A stretch of 64,000 nt of DNA from contig JACDBH010000004.1 in the NCBI GenBank assembly GCA_013694995.1, forward strand, positions 256,995-320,994. Direction: 5' to 3'. The position numbers and the translations under genes were made by a program. Numbering within the stretch: the first letter of the stretch is position 1; each line of letters starts with the position of its first letter. The notes under the pieces are model-generated. The model was given only the letters and a program-made list of their open reading frames with translations. It ran no database searches and was not told the origin of the DNA. The DNA is from Candidatus Saccharimonadota bacterium. GTDB taxonomy: Bacteria > Patescibacteriota > Saccharimonadia > Saccharimonadales > JACDBH01. Positions 41,420 through 51,034 of this stretch are shown piece after piece.

Positions 41420-42967
41420 ATGAATTGGAAAACAATCGGGTCATCGTTAAAGAATGCAGATATGCGCAAACGTATCTTCGCGGTCTTAGGAATGTTACTT
41501 GTTTTCCGGTTTATGGCACATATCCCTATCCCTTTGAGCGATCCGGAAACACTCAAGCAAGTACTTGAAAATGCTTTTAATGCTTCTCAAACTTCACAGC
41601 TAGTTAGTTTTATTAATGTTATAAGCGGTGGCGCCCTGGCTAATTTTTCGATTATGCTAGTTGGTATGGGGCCATATATCAATGCTTCTATTATTTTGCA
41701 GTTACTGACTAGGGCAATTCCAAGACTTGAAGCCCTTAATAAAGAAGGCGAATACGGCCGTAAGAAAATCAACCAATATACCCGTATGTTGGCTTTCCCT
41801 TTAGCTATAATCCAATCAGTAGGAATGATTTTCCTAGTTAAACAAGTGGCCAGTAGTTTTTCGGGTTTAGGAGACATTACAGCTGGAAGCTCTATTGCGC
41901 AATGGGTATTGATGATTGCAGCCCTTACCGGGGGATCTATGATTTTGATGTGGCTTGGCGAACTAATTACTGAGAAGGGTGTAGGCAACGGCATCAGTCT
42001 GATTATTACGATTGGAATTGTCAGTAGCTTGCCGAGCACTATTTCCGATATTTTTAAAAGTGTTTACGATCCTGCTAATCCGTTGCATGTATTTGGAAAG
42101 CAACTGCCATTCAACCGGACAGCAGTTCTGTATGCGTTAGCTATTGCTGCTGTAGTGATGATTACAACGTGGCTGGTTGTTAAAATCAACGAAGCTTCCC
42201 GTAACATCACAATCAATTATGCCAAAAGGGTCCAAGGAAGCCGGGCCTACGGCGGCGTTACAACACGATTACCAATAAAGCTAATTACAGCTGGTGTTAT
42301 TCCGATAATCTTTGCCGTCGCCTTCCTAAGCATTCCAAGCTATGCTGGACAGGTCATGGTGGCATCAGATAGCTTACGGCTTCAAGAATGGGGCGTGAAG
42401 CTGACTGCTTGGTTCCAGAACCCTAGCGCTCAGACTTTTGCCGTGGGCGGATATGAGCCTTATATTTATCCGGTCGTATATTTCATTCTTGTTGTCATGT
42501 TCACATATTTCTACACTGGTGTAACCTTTAATTCCAAAGAAATTTCTGAAAATCTGCAGAAACAGGGCGGATTTATTGCCGAGGTGCGTGCTGGCAAGCA
42601 AACAGAAAAGTATTTAAGCCAAGTGGTTAACCGTTTAACACTGTTCGGTTCGTTTGCTCTTGGACTGCTGGCAATTACCCCTATTGCAGGACAGGCATTT
42701 CTAAAAACAAATATCGCTATTGGTGGCACCAGTATCTTAATACTCGTTTCTGTGGCACTGGAAACTTTACGTGCCGTAGAATCAAGGGCGTTGATGGTAA
42801 CCTATGATCAATATTCAGAACCGAGTTTTTTTGGAGATGATAATGAGAGCGAACTAAAGAAATCCCGATTTCGTCTACGCCGGAAAGCCACAAAAAAGCT
42901 AACAGATAAGACTAAATTGAAAAACACTTTACAAACTGTTGTCAGTCCTGCTATAATACAAAGTTGA
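41420..42967 (+). CDS. secY: Preprotein translocase SecY
   Basis: [38 protein letters not shown]; extended charged C-tail. Confidence 0.97.
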   Translation: MNWKTIGSSLKNADMRKRIFAVLGMLLVFRFMAHIPIPLSDPETLKQVLENAFNASQTSQLVSFINVISGGALANFSIMLVGMGPYINASIILQLLTRAIPRLEALNKEGEYGRKKINQYTRMLAFPLAIIQSVGMIFLVKQVASSFSGLGDITAGSSIAQWVLMIAALTGGSMILMWLGELITEKGVGNGISLIITIGIVSSLPSTISDIFKSVYDPANPLHVFGKQLPFNRTAVLYALAIAAVVMITTWLVVKINEASRNITINYAKRVQGSRAYGGVTTRLPIKLITAGVIPIIFAVAFLSIPSYAGQVMVASDSLRLQEWGVKLTAWFQNPSAQTFAVGGYEPYIYPVVYFILVVMFTYFYTGVTFNSKEISENLQKQGGFIAEVRAGKQTEKYLSQVVNRLTLFGSFALGLLAITPIAGQAFLKTNIAIGGTSILILVSVALETLRAVESRALMVTYDQYSEPSFFGDDNESELKKSRFRLRRKATKKLTDKTKLKNTLQTVVSPAIIQS

Positions 42968-42972
42968 TATTT

Positions 42973-43194
42973 ATGGTCAAAAACAAGGAAGTCATTGAGT
43001 TATCTGGGACGATTTTGGAAACCCTTCCAGGCACCCAGTTTCGTGTCGAACTTGAGAATGGCCATCAAATTATCGCCCACGTTGCCGGCAAGATGCGCAA
43101 GCATTTTATCCGGATTGTACCTGGGGACAGCGTTACGGTAGAGTTAACACCTTACGACCTTACTAAGGGCCGTATCACCTACCGCAAATCGTGA
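42973..43194 (+). CDS. infA: Translation initiation factor IF-1
   Basis: [21 protein letters not shown]. Confidence 0.98.
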   Translation: MVKNKEVIELSGTILETLPGTQFRVELENGHQIIAHVAGKMRKHFIRIVPGDSVTVELTPYDLTKGRITYRKS

Positions 43195-43447
43195 TCTGCG
43201 TACTTTGCACATTTCATACAGAAACCTTGTGTTAAATTTTTAAATAGTATTGTTATACAATTTAAAAATTGTACTCGGCCTCTGCCTGTCCTGTTCTTCA
43301 GTACGAAATCACGAAAGATTAGCGAAACTTCACAAGACGGCACATAGAATGGTGAATAACCAGAAGATGTGGCTTTTTGCGAAGCGTCCGCGTTCAAACA
43401 ATCAATAATAAGCAGTGAGTCAATCTCATGAAAGGAGACTGATCCGC

Positions 43448-43564
43448 ATGAAAGTGCGTGCAAGCGTGAAGAAAATCAGCCCCGACGACAAAATTGTCCG
43501 CCGGAAGGGCCGATTATACGTTATCAACAAATTTAAGCCTAAGCATAAGCAGAGGCAAGGGTAA
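43448..43564 (+). CDS. rpmJ: 50S ribosomal protein L36 (Cys-free; not in the ORF track)
   Basis: [38 protein letters not shown] after AAGGAG. Confidence 0.97.
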   Translation: MKVRASVKKISPDDKIVRRKGRLYVINKFKPKHKQRQG

Positions 43565-43566
43565 CT

Positions 43567-43953
43567 ATGGCAAGAATCGCAGGAGTTACAATTCCCGCCG
43601 AGAAGCAAATAGGAGTCGCCCTTACTTATGTCTACGGAATAGGACCAAAGTTTGCTGGCGATATATTAACATCAGCCAAGGTCGACTCTACTGTCCGTGT
43701 TAAAAACTTGACAGATGATGAAGTCACCCGCATTAGCGATATCATAAGTGCTAATTTTACAGTCGAAGGTGAACTACAACGTATCGTAAGTGCCAACATT
43801 AAGAGGTTGAAAGATATTAAGGCCTACCGAGGCATCCGGCATAGTTCCAACCTGCCTTCCCGGGGCCAACGTACACGTACCAACGCCCGTACCCGTCGGG
43901 GCAAAAAAGTAACTGTCGGTGGCACGGCTAAGAAAGCGGCGTCAAAGACTTAG
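43567..43953 (+). CDS. rpsM: 30S ribosomal protein S13
   Basis: MARIAGV, YGIG, RGQRTRTNARTR. Confidence 0.98.
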   Translation: MARIAGVTIPAEKQIGVALTYVYGIGPKFAGDILTSAKVDSTVRVKNLTDDEVTRISDIISANFTVEGELQRIVSANIKRLKDIKAYRGIRHSSNLPSRGQRTRTNARTRRGKKVTVGGTAKKAASKT

Positions 43954-43954
43954 T

Positions 43955-44392
43955 ATGGCAGAAGAACAAACTACACCTACGCCGGCAGAAATAACCGAAG
44001 TTCCAGCAGCTCCTGTTGTTAAAAAGAAGAAAGTAAAGCGCAGCGTGCCTTATGGCCAAGTCCATATTATGGCAACTTTCAATAATACGATTGTTACTGT
44101 AACAGATACAAAAGGTGGGGCACTTACTTATTCTAGCTCTGGTGCCTGCGGTTTCCGCGGTTCTAAAAAAGGTACAGCTTATGCAGCCCAGATAGCAGCC
44201 GAGAAAGCACTTGCTGAAGCGAAACAAAACTATGGCCTTAATAAAGCAGATGTATATGTTCGCGGCATTGGTATGGGACGCGATGCAGCAATCCGTGCAA
44301 TGCAAGTTTCTAATATCGCCCTCGAAGCTGTCCATGACGTAACTGGCATTCCGCACGGCGGCGTTCGTCCCAAGAAAGCACGGAGAGTATAG
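43955..44392 (+). CDS. rpsK: 30S ribosomal protein S11
   Basis: TFNNTIVT, GFRGSKK, DVTGIPHGG. Confidence 0.97.
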   Translation: MAEEQTTPTPAEITEVPAAPVVKKKKVKRSVPYGQVHIMATFNNTIVTVTDTKGGALTYSSSGACGFRGSKKGTAYAAQIAAEKALAEAKQNYGLNKADVYVRGIGMGRDAAIRAMQVSNIALEAVHDVTGIPHGGVRPKKARRV

Positions 44393-44395
44393 ACT

Positions 44396-45007
44396 ATGAG
44401 TAAAATATCGATCGTCAAACAATCGCGCCGTGAAGGTTATGCATTGCATCCAAAAGCACACAAGGCTCTTGTTAAACGCTCAACACTTCCTGGCAAGCAA
44501 CCTGGTTTTTCTAGTCGCAACAAACCGAGTCAATACTCCTTGCAGTTAAGAGAAAAACAGAAAGTTAAGCGTCTGTACGGCCTATTGGAACGCCAATTCG
44601 CCAAACTTATGACGGAAGCATCGCGCACAAAAGGTCAGTCCGGTCTGGTTTTGCTTCGTTTCTTGGAACTGCGTCTTGATAACGCCGTTTATCGTGCCGG
44701 TTTCGCGCCGTCGCGCCCAGCCGCTCGTCAGTTAGTTAGCCATGGACACTTTATGGTCAACGACCGGCGAGTTGATATTCCATCTATCCGTGTTCAAAGT
44801 GGCGATGTTATCGCCCTTCGCCCGCATAGTGCAGCCAATAGTTATTTTCAAAGGCTTGATGAAGTCAGCCCAGCCGGTGAAGTTATTTATAGTTGGATGA
44901 AAGTTAACCGTAAGAACCGCGCTCTTACTATTACAGGAGAACCGACGCGCGAAGAAGCAGAACCAGGCATCAATGAGCAATTAATCGTAGAATACTACTC
45001 ACGCTAG
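44396..45007 (+). CDS. rpsD: 30S ribosomal protein S4 (Cys-free)
   Basis: QLREKQK, LELRLDN, ARQLVSHGH, IVEYYSR. Confidence 0.98.
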   Translation: MSKISIVKQSRREGYALHPKAHKALVKRSTLPGKQPGFSSRNKPSQYSLQLREKQKVKRLYGLLERQFAKLMTEASRTKGQSGLVLLRFLELRLDNAVYRAGFAPSRPAARQLVSHGHFMVNDRRVDIPSIRVQSGDVIALRPHSAANSYFQRLDEVSPAGEVIYSWMKVNRKNRALTITGEPTREEAEPGINEQLIVEYYSR

Positions 45008-45025
45008 GAGGCGATAGGTAAACTT

Positions 45026-45964
45026 ATGACAAAGCAAATTCACACACCAACATTAAGCACTGTTGATGACCACAACAGCACAAGCAGCACTTTTGTGATT
45101 GAGCCACTACATACCGGTTATGGTATGACACTAGGCAACTCAATCCGCCGCGTCTTATTGTCTAGTATTTCAGGGGCGGCAATTACTTCATTTAAAATTG
45201 AAGGTGTAACTCACGAGTTCACGACAGTTCCCGGCGTCAAAGAAGATGTCGTTGATATCATGTTGAATTTAAAAGGTATTCGTTTCCGAGTGTACTCTTC
45301 AGAGGCTCAGACTCTCCGTATTGTGAAAAAGGGCAAAGGCAATATTACTGCTAAAGATATAGAAATTAATGCTGACGTTGAAATCGTCAACCCAACACAT
45401 ATTATTGCGACTGTTGATGATGAAAAAGCCCCGTTTATTATGGACCTGGTTATCGAAACCGGCCGTGGTTACCGCACAATTGATGAAAGCGCTAACACAA
45501 AACCTAGCGACATGATTGCATTAGATGCCATCTTCAGTCCGGTTCTACGTGTTCGTTATAAAGTAGAAAATACTCGTGTCGGTCAAATGACAGACTTAGA
45601 TAAGTTAATAATTAACGTCGAAACCGATGGCTCCATTACTCCTCGCGACGCCTTTGAGGAAGCCAACGCAATACTTGTCAATCAGTACACAGCTCTTGCT
45701 GGCCAAACTCGTGTTGAAGCCCCAGCCCCGTTAATCGATACCGGGGTTAAAGATATTGATCCTAGCGACGAAGCACCAGCACTGATGACACCGATTGAAG
45801 ATTTAAATCTGAGTGCCCGAACCACTAACGCCCTTATTAACAACGAAATCCATACCCTAAAAGACCTTTTCTCCTTAAGCGACGCAGAACTACGTGACCT
45901 AAAAGGATTCGGCAGCAAAGCTTTGGACGAAGTCAAAGAAAAAATGGCGGAATTGGAGCTTTAA
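45026..45964 (+). CDS. rpoA: RNA polymerase alpha subunit
   Basis: GYGMTLGNSIRRVLL, HEF, DAIFSPV, alpha-CTD. Confidence 0.98.
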   Translation: MTKQIHTPTLSTVDDHNSTSSTFVIEPLHTGYGMTLGNSIRRVLLSSISGAAITSFKIEGVTHEFTTVPGVKEDVVDIMLNLKGIRFRVYSSEAQTLRIVKKGKGNITAKDIEINADVEIVNPTHIIATVDDEKAPFIMDLVIETGRGYRTIDESANTKPSDMIALDAIFSPVLRVRYKVENTRVGQMTDLDKLIINVETDGSITPRDAFEEANAILVNQYTALAGQTRVEAPAPLIDTGVKDIDPSDEAPALMTPIEDLNLSARTTNALINNEIHTLKDLFSLSDAELRDLKGFGSKALDEVKEKMAELEL

Positions 45965-45966
45965 AG

Positions 45967-46092
45967 ATGTTTCGTAATAATGCACATCAGCAACTAGCAA
46001 TCAGGAATCAAGAATTAGCCTTAAAGGGAACTAAGCTACTTTCTACTTTCTACTTTCTATTTCCTGTAATTTACCAAAGGGAGATTGCATAA
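45967..46092 (+). CDS. Putative 41-aa bridging ORF spanning heptamer repeats between rpoA and rplQ
   Basis: ATG 2 nt after the rpoA stop; its TAA overlaps the rplQ ATG (TAATG). Confidence 0.4.
   Translation: MFRNNAHQQLAIRNQELALKGTKLLSTFYFLFPVIYQREIA
45982..46062. repeat. Degenerate heptamer tandem repeats in two opposed blocks
   Basis: ATCAGCA ACTAGCA ATCAGGA ATCAAGA ATTAGCC, then CTACTTT x3 CTATTTC. Confidence 0.65.
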
Positions 46093-46559
46093 TGCATCGC
46101 CATGGATACAAAGGCCGCAAATTTGGCCGTGAAAGGGACCAACGTGAAGCACTTCTTAAGGGCCTTGCGACTTCCTTAGTAATACACGAGAGTATTGAAA
46201 CTACGCTTCCTAAGGCTAAGGAACTTGTGCCTTTTTTGGAAAAATTGATCACCAAAGCTAAGAAGGGTGACCTACATAACCGTCGCCAAATTGTCAGCAG
46301 CCTTGATACATTGACCAGTGCCCATAAGCTAGTGGATGAAATAGCACCAAAGCTTAATACTCGTGTCAGTGGACACCTACGTATCGAACGTACGGTTATT
46401 CGACGTGGTGATCACGCACAGTTAGCACGCGTAAGTTTTGTTGATGATCTTAAAGCAGCACCTGTTGCAAAAAAAGCTGCAGTAAAACCTGCCGCGGCTG
46501 TCCCAAAAAAGCCATCCCGTAAACCTACAGTTAAAAAAGCTGTAAAGGAGACAAAATAA
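46092..46559 (+). CDS. rplQ: 50S ribosomal protein L17
   Basis: IETTLPKAKEL, EKLITKAK, RRGD. Confidence 0.97.
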   Translation: MHRHGYKGRKFGRERDQREALLKGLATSLVIHESIETTLPKAKELVPFLEKLITKAKKGDLHNRRQIVSSLDTLTSAHKLVDEIAPKLNTRVSGHLRIERTVIRRGDHAQLARVSFVDDLKAAPVAKKAAVKPAAAVPKKPSRKPTVKKAVKETK

Positions 46560-46999
46560 TGAAGACTTATTCTGCCAAGCCTGCGGATGTAACTCGTAAA
46601 TGGTACGTTATTGACGCGTCTGAAGCACCTTTGGGTCGTATTGCTACTCGGGTAGCAACTCTTCTTACAGGCAAGGAAAAGCCTATGTTTACAAAACACA
46701 TCGATACCGGCGACTTTGTGATTGTTATTAATACTGCCAAAACTATCGTAACCGGTAAAAAACCTACAGATAAGATTTATTACCGCCACAGCAATTACCC
46801 CGGTGGCTTGACTGAACTAAGTTTTAATGAGGTAATGGCGAAAGATCCTACCAAAGCTATTTTTCAGGCAGTACGTGGCATGTTGCCAGTCAATAAACTC
46901 CGCGATGAGCGCCTGAAAAGATTGAAAATTTACGCCGGCAGCGAACACAACCATAATGCCCAACAACCAGAAACTTTAATCTTGAAAGGCAAGAAATAA
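46559..46999 (+). CDS. rplM: 50S ribosomal protein L13
   Basis: WYVIDA, DTGDFVIVIN, YPGGL, GMLP. Confidence 0.98.
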   Translation: MKTYSAKPADVTRKWYVIDASEAPLGRIATRVATLLTGKEKPMFTKHIDTGDFVIVINTAKTIVTGKKPTDKIYYRHSNYPGGLTELSFNEVMAKDPTKAIFQAVRGMLPVNKLRDERLKRLKIYAGSEHNHNAQQPETLILKGKK

Positions 47000-47394
47000 T
47001 GGCTAAGGACACATATTTTTACGCACTTGGACGTCGCAAAAGAGCTACAGCCCGCGTACGCCTGCAAAGCGGCAAAGGTAATATAGTTATCAACGGCAAG
47101 CCAGCGGTCGAATTTCTATGTGGTAGTGAGTATCTAGCCGCTGAACTTAAAAAGCCATTTACAGTTATTGAAAAAGATACTTTTGATATATCGGCTATAG
47201 TATCAGGGGGTGGTTTTGCAGGCCAAGTTGATGCTGTCCGCTTAGGTATTGCTAAAGCATTAGCTGCGATGAACGAAGATTTGAAGGGCACTCTAAAACG
47301 TGCGGAACTATTAAGTCGTGACCCTCGTGAAAAAGAACGTAAAAAGTTTGGGTTTAAGAAGGCTCGTAAGCAGAGACAATTCACTAAGAGGTAA
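46999..47394 (+). CDS. rpsI: 30S ribosomal protein S9
   Basis: GRRK, GGG..GQ, ERKK.G..KAR, QFTKR. Confidence 0.98.
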   Translation: MAKDTYFYALGRRKRATARVRLQSGKGNIVINGKPAVEFLCGSEYLAAELKKPFTVIEKDTFDISAIVSGGGFAGQVDAVRLGIAKALAAMNEDLKGTLKRAELLSRDPREKERKKFGFKKARKQRQFTKR

Positions 47395-47476
47395 CTGTTA
47401 GGAATCATTCCCCACATCACTCCTTTGGTGGGACCCTCTAAGATGCTTTTCACAATAGGAATTTTCTACTATACTT

Positions 47477-47749
47477 ATGCCTAATATGGTTAAGCTTTTA
47501 TATATTAGGGAAGAAGATTACTGGTTAGTGCCGATAAGTTTTTTCGCTATTATGGGCATTACAATGGGATTATATGCAGGAGTAGTACAACTGAGGCTAA
47601 TGTCTTTCTTAGCTGGTTTTATTGGGCTATGGTTTACGACTTACATAATTAGACGGGGTTACGGCAAACGCACGTCCTATATACACCTATTAATTTGTTT
47701 ATCGCTGAGTATAATCTTATCCATTACAGTAATTCTGTTGACAAACTAG
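47477..47749 (+). CDS. Small membrane protein (3 TM)
   Basis: Three hydrophobic segments; start may be ATG 47486. Confidence 0.55.
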   Translation: MPNMVKLLYIREEDYWLVPISFFAIMGITMGLYAGVVQLRLMSFLAGFIGLWFTTYIIRRGYGKRTSYIHLLICLSLSIILSITVILLTN

Positions 47750-47767
47750 CTCTTGCAGGCGTAAGGT
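47738..47767 (+). promoter_or_regulatory. Sigma70-type promoter for the leader-peptide transcript
   Basis: TTGACA 47738-47743, 18 bp, TAAGGT 47762-47767; ATG 7 nt later. Confidence 0.6.
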
Positions 47768-47774
47768 GACTGAT

Positions 47775-47849
47775 ATGAACAAACTATTCCATCTTTATTA
47801 TACCTGGTTTACACCCCCTCAACTGGCGGTTTGTTCTGTGCGTTTGTAA
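47775..47849 (+). CDS. Putative attenuator leader peptide MNKLFHLYYTWFTPPQLAVCSVRL
   Basis: 24-aa ORF with an aromatic cluster; contains TGGCGGTTT (47824-47832), complementary to the terminator 5' arm. Confidence 0.65.
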   Translation: MNKLFHLYYTWFTPPQLAVCSVRL

Positions 47850-47870
47850 GAAAATACGAAGACATTGACT

Positions 47871-47896
47871 AAACCGCCACCTAAGGCGGTTTTTTT
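47871..47896 (+). terminator. Conditional (attenuator) intrinsic terminator
   Basis: AAACCGCC-acctaa-GGCGGTTT, with a T7 run at 47890-47896. Confidence 0.85.
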
Positions 47897-47920
47897 AAAT
47901 CTAAACAAAGGAATAAACCA

Positions 47921-48169
47921 ATGAGTGCAGAATTAAGTGAAGAAGTATTGCAAAGATTAATAGTTATGAATCGAGATGCCGGAATGGATCCTGGACCAAT
48001 CGTGCCCGCATACATCGTCGAAAGCATAAAAGTAAATCAGGACCGAAATGATCTAAAGGGTATGCACCCTGCGTTGGCTTTTCACCTCGCTTATGTAGCT
48101 ATTTGCGGAGGGACGACTGAAGAGCAAGCAGTAGTCACAGAAATGAACAATGATTATCTTGCAGAATAG
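47921..48169 (+). CDS. Hypothetical protein (82 aa) behind the attenuator
   Basis: AAAGGA SD; fills the gap before trpS. Confidence 0.6.
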   Translation: MSAELSEEVLQRLIVMNRDAGMDPGPIVPAYIVESIKVNQDRNDLKGMHPALAFHLAYVAICGGTTEEQAVVTEMNNDYLAE

Positions 48170-48195
48170 AGCTGAAAAAGGGATACTTAGTACTA

Positions 48196-49224
48196 ATGAG
48201 TAAAGAGGTTATTTTAACTGGCATTAGGGCTAATAATGACCTGACAATTGGTAATTATTTCGGCGCTATCATGCCTATTATTGATATGGCAGTACACCGG
48301 TCCAACGATTACCAGGTCAATCTGTTCGTGCCCGACATGCATAGTTTTACAACACCGATAGATCATTCTAAGTTGCAATCTCAAATTATGCACAATCTTC
48401 GCAAATTTACTGCCGCTGGTTTGCCCCTAGACATCACGGATGTACATATCTACCGACAGAGCCATATTTCAGCGCACAGTGAACTAACCTGGATTTTAGA
48501 TTGTTTTACGGGCGTTGGAGAGATGAACCGCATGACACAATTTAAAGATAAAGCTTCGAAGCTAAGTGATGATAGGGTTAGCGTCGGGCTTTTTAATTAT
48601 CCAGTACTTATGGCTTCAGATATTTTATTGTACGGCGCAAGTTATGTGCCAGTAGGTGAAGACCAGACACAACACCTTGAATTTACGCGCGATATTGCAG
48701 AACGCATGAATATACGTTTTGGCGAATTATTCACTGTGCCTAAGCCTGTAAAAGAACAGCATGAATTTTTTGGTAATGACCAAGGGCTAAGAATAAAAGA
48801 CCTTATGGATCCAAATAAAAAAATGAGTAAGAGTGACGATTCTGATAAAGGTGTGATTTTCTTGGGTGATTCGCCGGACGAGGCAGCTAAGAAAGTCATG
48901 GGCGCAACAACTGATTCGTTAGGTAGCATACGTTATGATTGGAACAACCAACCGGGAATAACTAATTTACTGCAGATACTCGCTCTTTTAACGCACCGTT
49001 CACAGGCAGAAGTAAATAATGAATGGGAAGGCAAGGAACGCTACGGTGACCTTAAGAGTGCCGTTGCTGAGGCCACCACGAGATTCTTAAATGACCTCCA
49101 AGCAAAACTGGCTCAAGTTGACGATAACGCTATTCTTGCTAAACTGGAGTCTTCTCAAGCAGCCATGCGGGATATTGCTGGTCAAACACTTCTTAAAGTT
49201 CAAAAAGCCGTCGGCTTAAGATAA
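48196..49224 (+). CDS. trpS: Tryptophan--tRNA ligase
   Basis: LTIGNY, YPVLMASDILLY, VPVGEDQ, KMSKS. Confidence 0.97.
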   Translation: MSKEVILTGIRANNDLTIGNYFGAIMPIIDMAVHRSNDYQVNLFVPDMHSFTTPIDHSKLQSQIMHNLRKFTAAGLPLDITDVHIYRQSHISAHSELTWILDCFTGVGEMNRMTQFKDKASKLSDDRVSVGLFNYPVLMASDILLYGASYVPVGEDQTQHLEFTRDIAERMNIRFGELFTVPKPVKEQHEFFGNDQGLRIKDLMDPNKKMSKSDDSDKGVIFLGDSPDEAAKKVMGATTDSLGSIRYDWNNQPGITNLLQILALLTHRSQAEVNNEWEGKERYGDLKSAVAEATTRFLNDLQAKLAQVDDNAILAKLESSQAAMRDIAGQTLLKVQKAVGLR

Positions 49225-49225
49225 T

Positions 49226-50083
49226 ATGTACCTAATTCAAATAACAGAAGATTTCGTAGGAAGGCGAACTGATAAGCTTTTGGCTGAACAATTGCCGCAG
49301 TTTCCACGTGCCGCTTTACAGAAATTATTTGAAAAAGACTTAATACTGTTAAATAACAAGATAACTAAGCCCGGTATAAAAGTTCGGCTTGGGGACAGAC
49401 TTAAAGCAGACTTGTCACCACTCGATATAAAAATAGACGACATTGAATTACCGATTATTTACGAGGATGAAGATACTCTTGTAATCAATAAACCCTCAGG
49501 AGTTATTTCGCACGCCCGTGGCCGATATTTTGACGAGCCCTCAGTCGCATCCTTTATAAGGCAAAATACTCATCAAAGCGGAGAAAGGGCAGGGATTGCA
49601 CATAGGCTAGACAGGGCAACTAGCGGCGTTATGATCTGCGCCAAGAACCAAAGCTCTTTGAGCTGGTTGCAAAAACAGTTTTCCTTACGCAAAGTCAAAA
49701 AAACCTATATTGCGATAATATTAGGTGAGATGCCTAGCGAAGATGGAATTATTGATATGCCCATCGGCCGGAACCCTAAAAAACCCCAGACCTTCCATGT
49801 GACTGAGTTAGGTAAAACCGCTGTAACGAGATATAAGGTGATTCAGAAAACTGATCTTTATAGTATGCTGGAACTTCAACCCGAGACGGGACGCACCCAT
49901 CAGTTACGCGTCCATTTACAGGCCCTAAAGCATCCAATTGTAGGTGATTCCTTATATGGAGGCAAGGAATCCCTGCGGCTTTTATTGCACGCTAAGGACT
50001 TAGAAATAATCTTGCCCAATAATAAGCAGGTGACATTTACGGCCCCCATTACTAGCGAGTTTATAGAGCTTTTGAATGTTTGA
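49226..50083 (+). CDS. RluA/RluD-family pseudouridine synthase
   Basis: S4-like N-terminus, INKPSG, HRLDRATSG, TGRTHQLRVH. Confidence 0.94.
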   Translation: MYLIQITEDFVGRRTDKLLAEQLPQFPRAALQKLFEKDLILLNNKITKPGIKVRLGDRLKADLSPLDIKIDDIELPIIYEDEDTLVINKPSGVISHARGRYFDEPSVASFIRQNTHQSGERAGIAHRLDRATSGVMICAKNQSSLSWLQKQFSLRKVKKTYIAIILGEMPSEDGIIDMPIGRNPKKPQTFHVTELGKTAVTRYKVIQKTDLYSMLELQPETGRTHQLRVHLQALKHPIVGDSLYGGKESLRLLLHAKDLEIILPNNKQVTFTAPITSEFIELLNV

Positions 50084-50945
50084 CGAACTATTGCTGCATC
50101 AAAAAACAGCTGACGGGTGTAGAGAATACTTAAAACATCCATCTCAGGGACTAATGTTAGTCGGTCCACTGGGGAGCGGTAAGCAACAGCTGGCTCTTTC
50201 TTTGGGTTCTAAACTGCTTAATATACCGGTAAACAAACTTGGTGCGCACCCTTACTTTTTACATATAAACCCCGAAGGCGAGACTATAAGTATTGAAGAA
50301 GTTAGATCAATTCAGCAATTTTTAAAGCTAAAAACACTTTCAGCAAATGAAAACATCAAACGAATAATACTAGTTAGTGATGCGGGTAGAATGAGGGTAG
50401 AGGCTCAGAATGCTTTACTCAAGACCTTGGAAGAACCGCCAATAGATACGGTAATAATTATGACTGTCCATCATATAGAAGCGTTGTTGCCCACAATAAT
50501 ATCTAGAGTCACTTCAATGAGTGTTTTACCTATAAGTGAAGAAAGCGCATTTCAGTTTTTTAAGACCCAGTTTTCGGAAGCAGCTATAAAACGTGCTTTC
50601 GTTATTTCTCAGGGCCAAGCCGGCCTGCTGTTTGCACTACTACAGGAAACTGACCATCCGCTTATAGACTTTGTCAAAAAGGCAAAGGATATTTTAAGTA
50701 AAACACCAGGCCAAAGATTATTGATAACAGAAGAATTTAGTAAAGACCGTTCAAGCGTTCAGTTAATGCTAAACGCGCTACTTCGTATAACTCATGCCGC
50801 TTTAGCTAAAACGAGCAAAAATAACGACAGAAATCAAATTAAAAAGTGGCATTCTAAATATGAGGTGATTTTACGGACAACTGAATATGCACAAACAAAC
50901 GCCAACACTAAATTGTTGCTAGACGAACTTTTTTTGAATATATAA
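50076..50945 (+). CDS. holB: DNA polymerase III delta' subunit
   Basis: GPLGSGK, AQNALLKTLEEPP, LLPTIISR. Confidence 0.85.
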   Translation: MFDELLLHQKTADGCREYLKHPSQGLMLVGPLGSGKQQLALSLGSKLLNIPVNKLGAHPYFLHINPEGETISIEEVRSIQQFLKLKTLSANENIKRIILVSDAGRMRVEAQNALLKTLEEPPIDTVIIMTVHHIEALLPTIISRVTSMSVLPISEESAFQFFKTQFSEAAIKRAFVISQGQAGLLFALLQETDHPLIDFVKKAKDILSKTPGQRLLITEEFSKDRSSVQLMLNALLRITHAALAKTSKNNDRNQIKKWHSKYEVILRTTEYAQTNANTKLLLDELFLNI

Positions 50946-51034
50946 TGAAACCATTTATTTATTTCTTAACTATTTTGGCCCCTAGAACAGATAATGGATT
51001 TGAAATGGGTTCAGTGATATACTGATTAGTACCT

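Noticed and set aside
42800..42967. SecY C-terminal extension as a frameshift or pseudogene sign
   Set aside because: All conserved SecY segments are present in frame, and variable charged tails are common.
120..47453. Many antisense and alternative-frame ORFs inside clpC, rpoBC, fusA, tuf and r-protein genes
   Set aside because: They are shadows of conserved genes with no motifs or initiation signals.
47750..47920. T-box riboswitch upstream of trpS (tyrS and hisS also checked)
   Set aside because: No T-box consensus (GGTGGNACCGCG) was seen and the leaders are too short; the leader-peptide model fits better.
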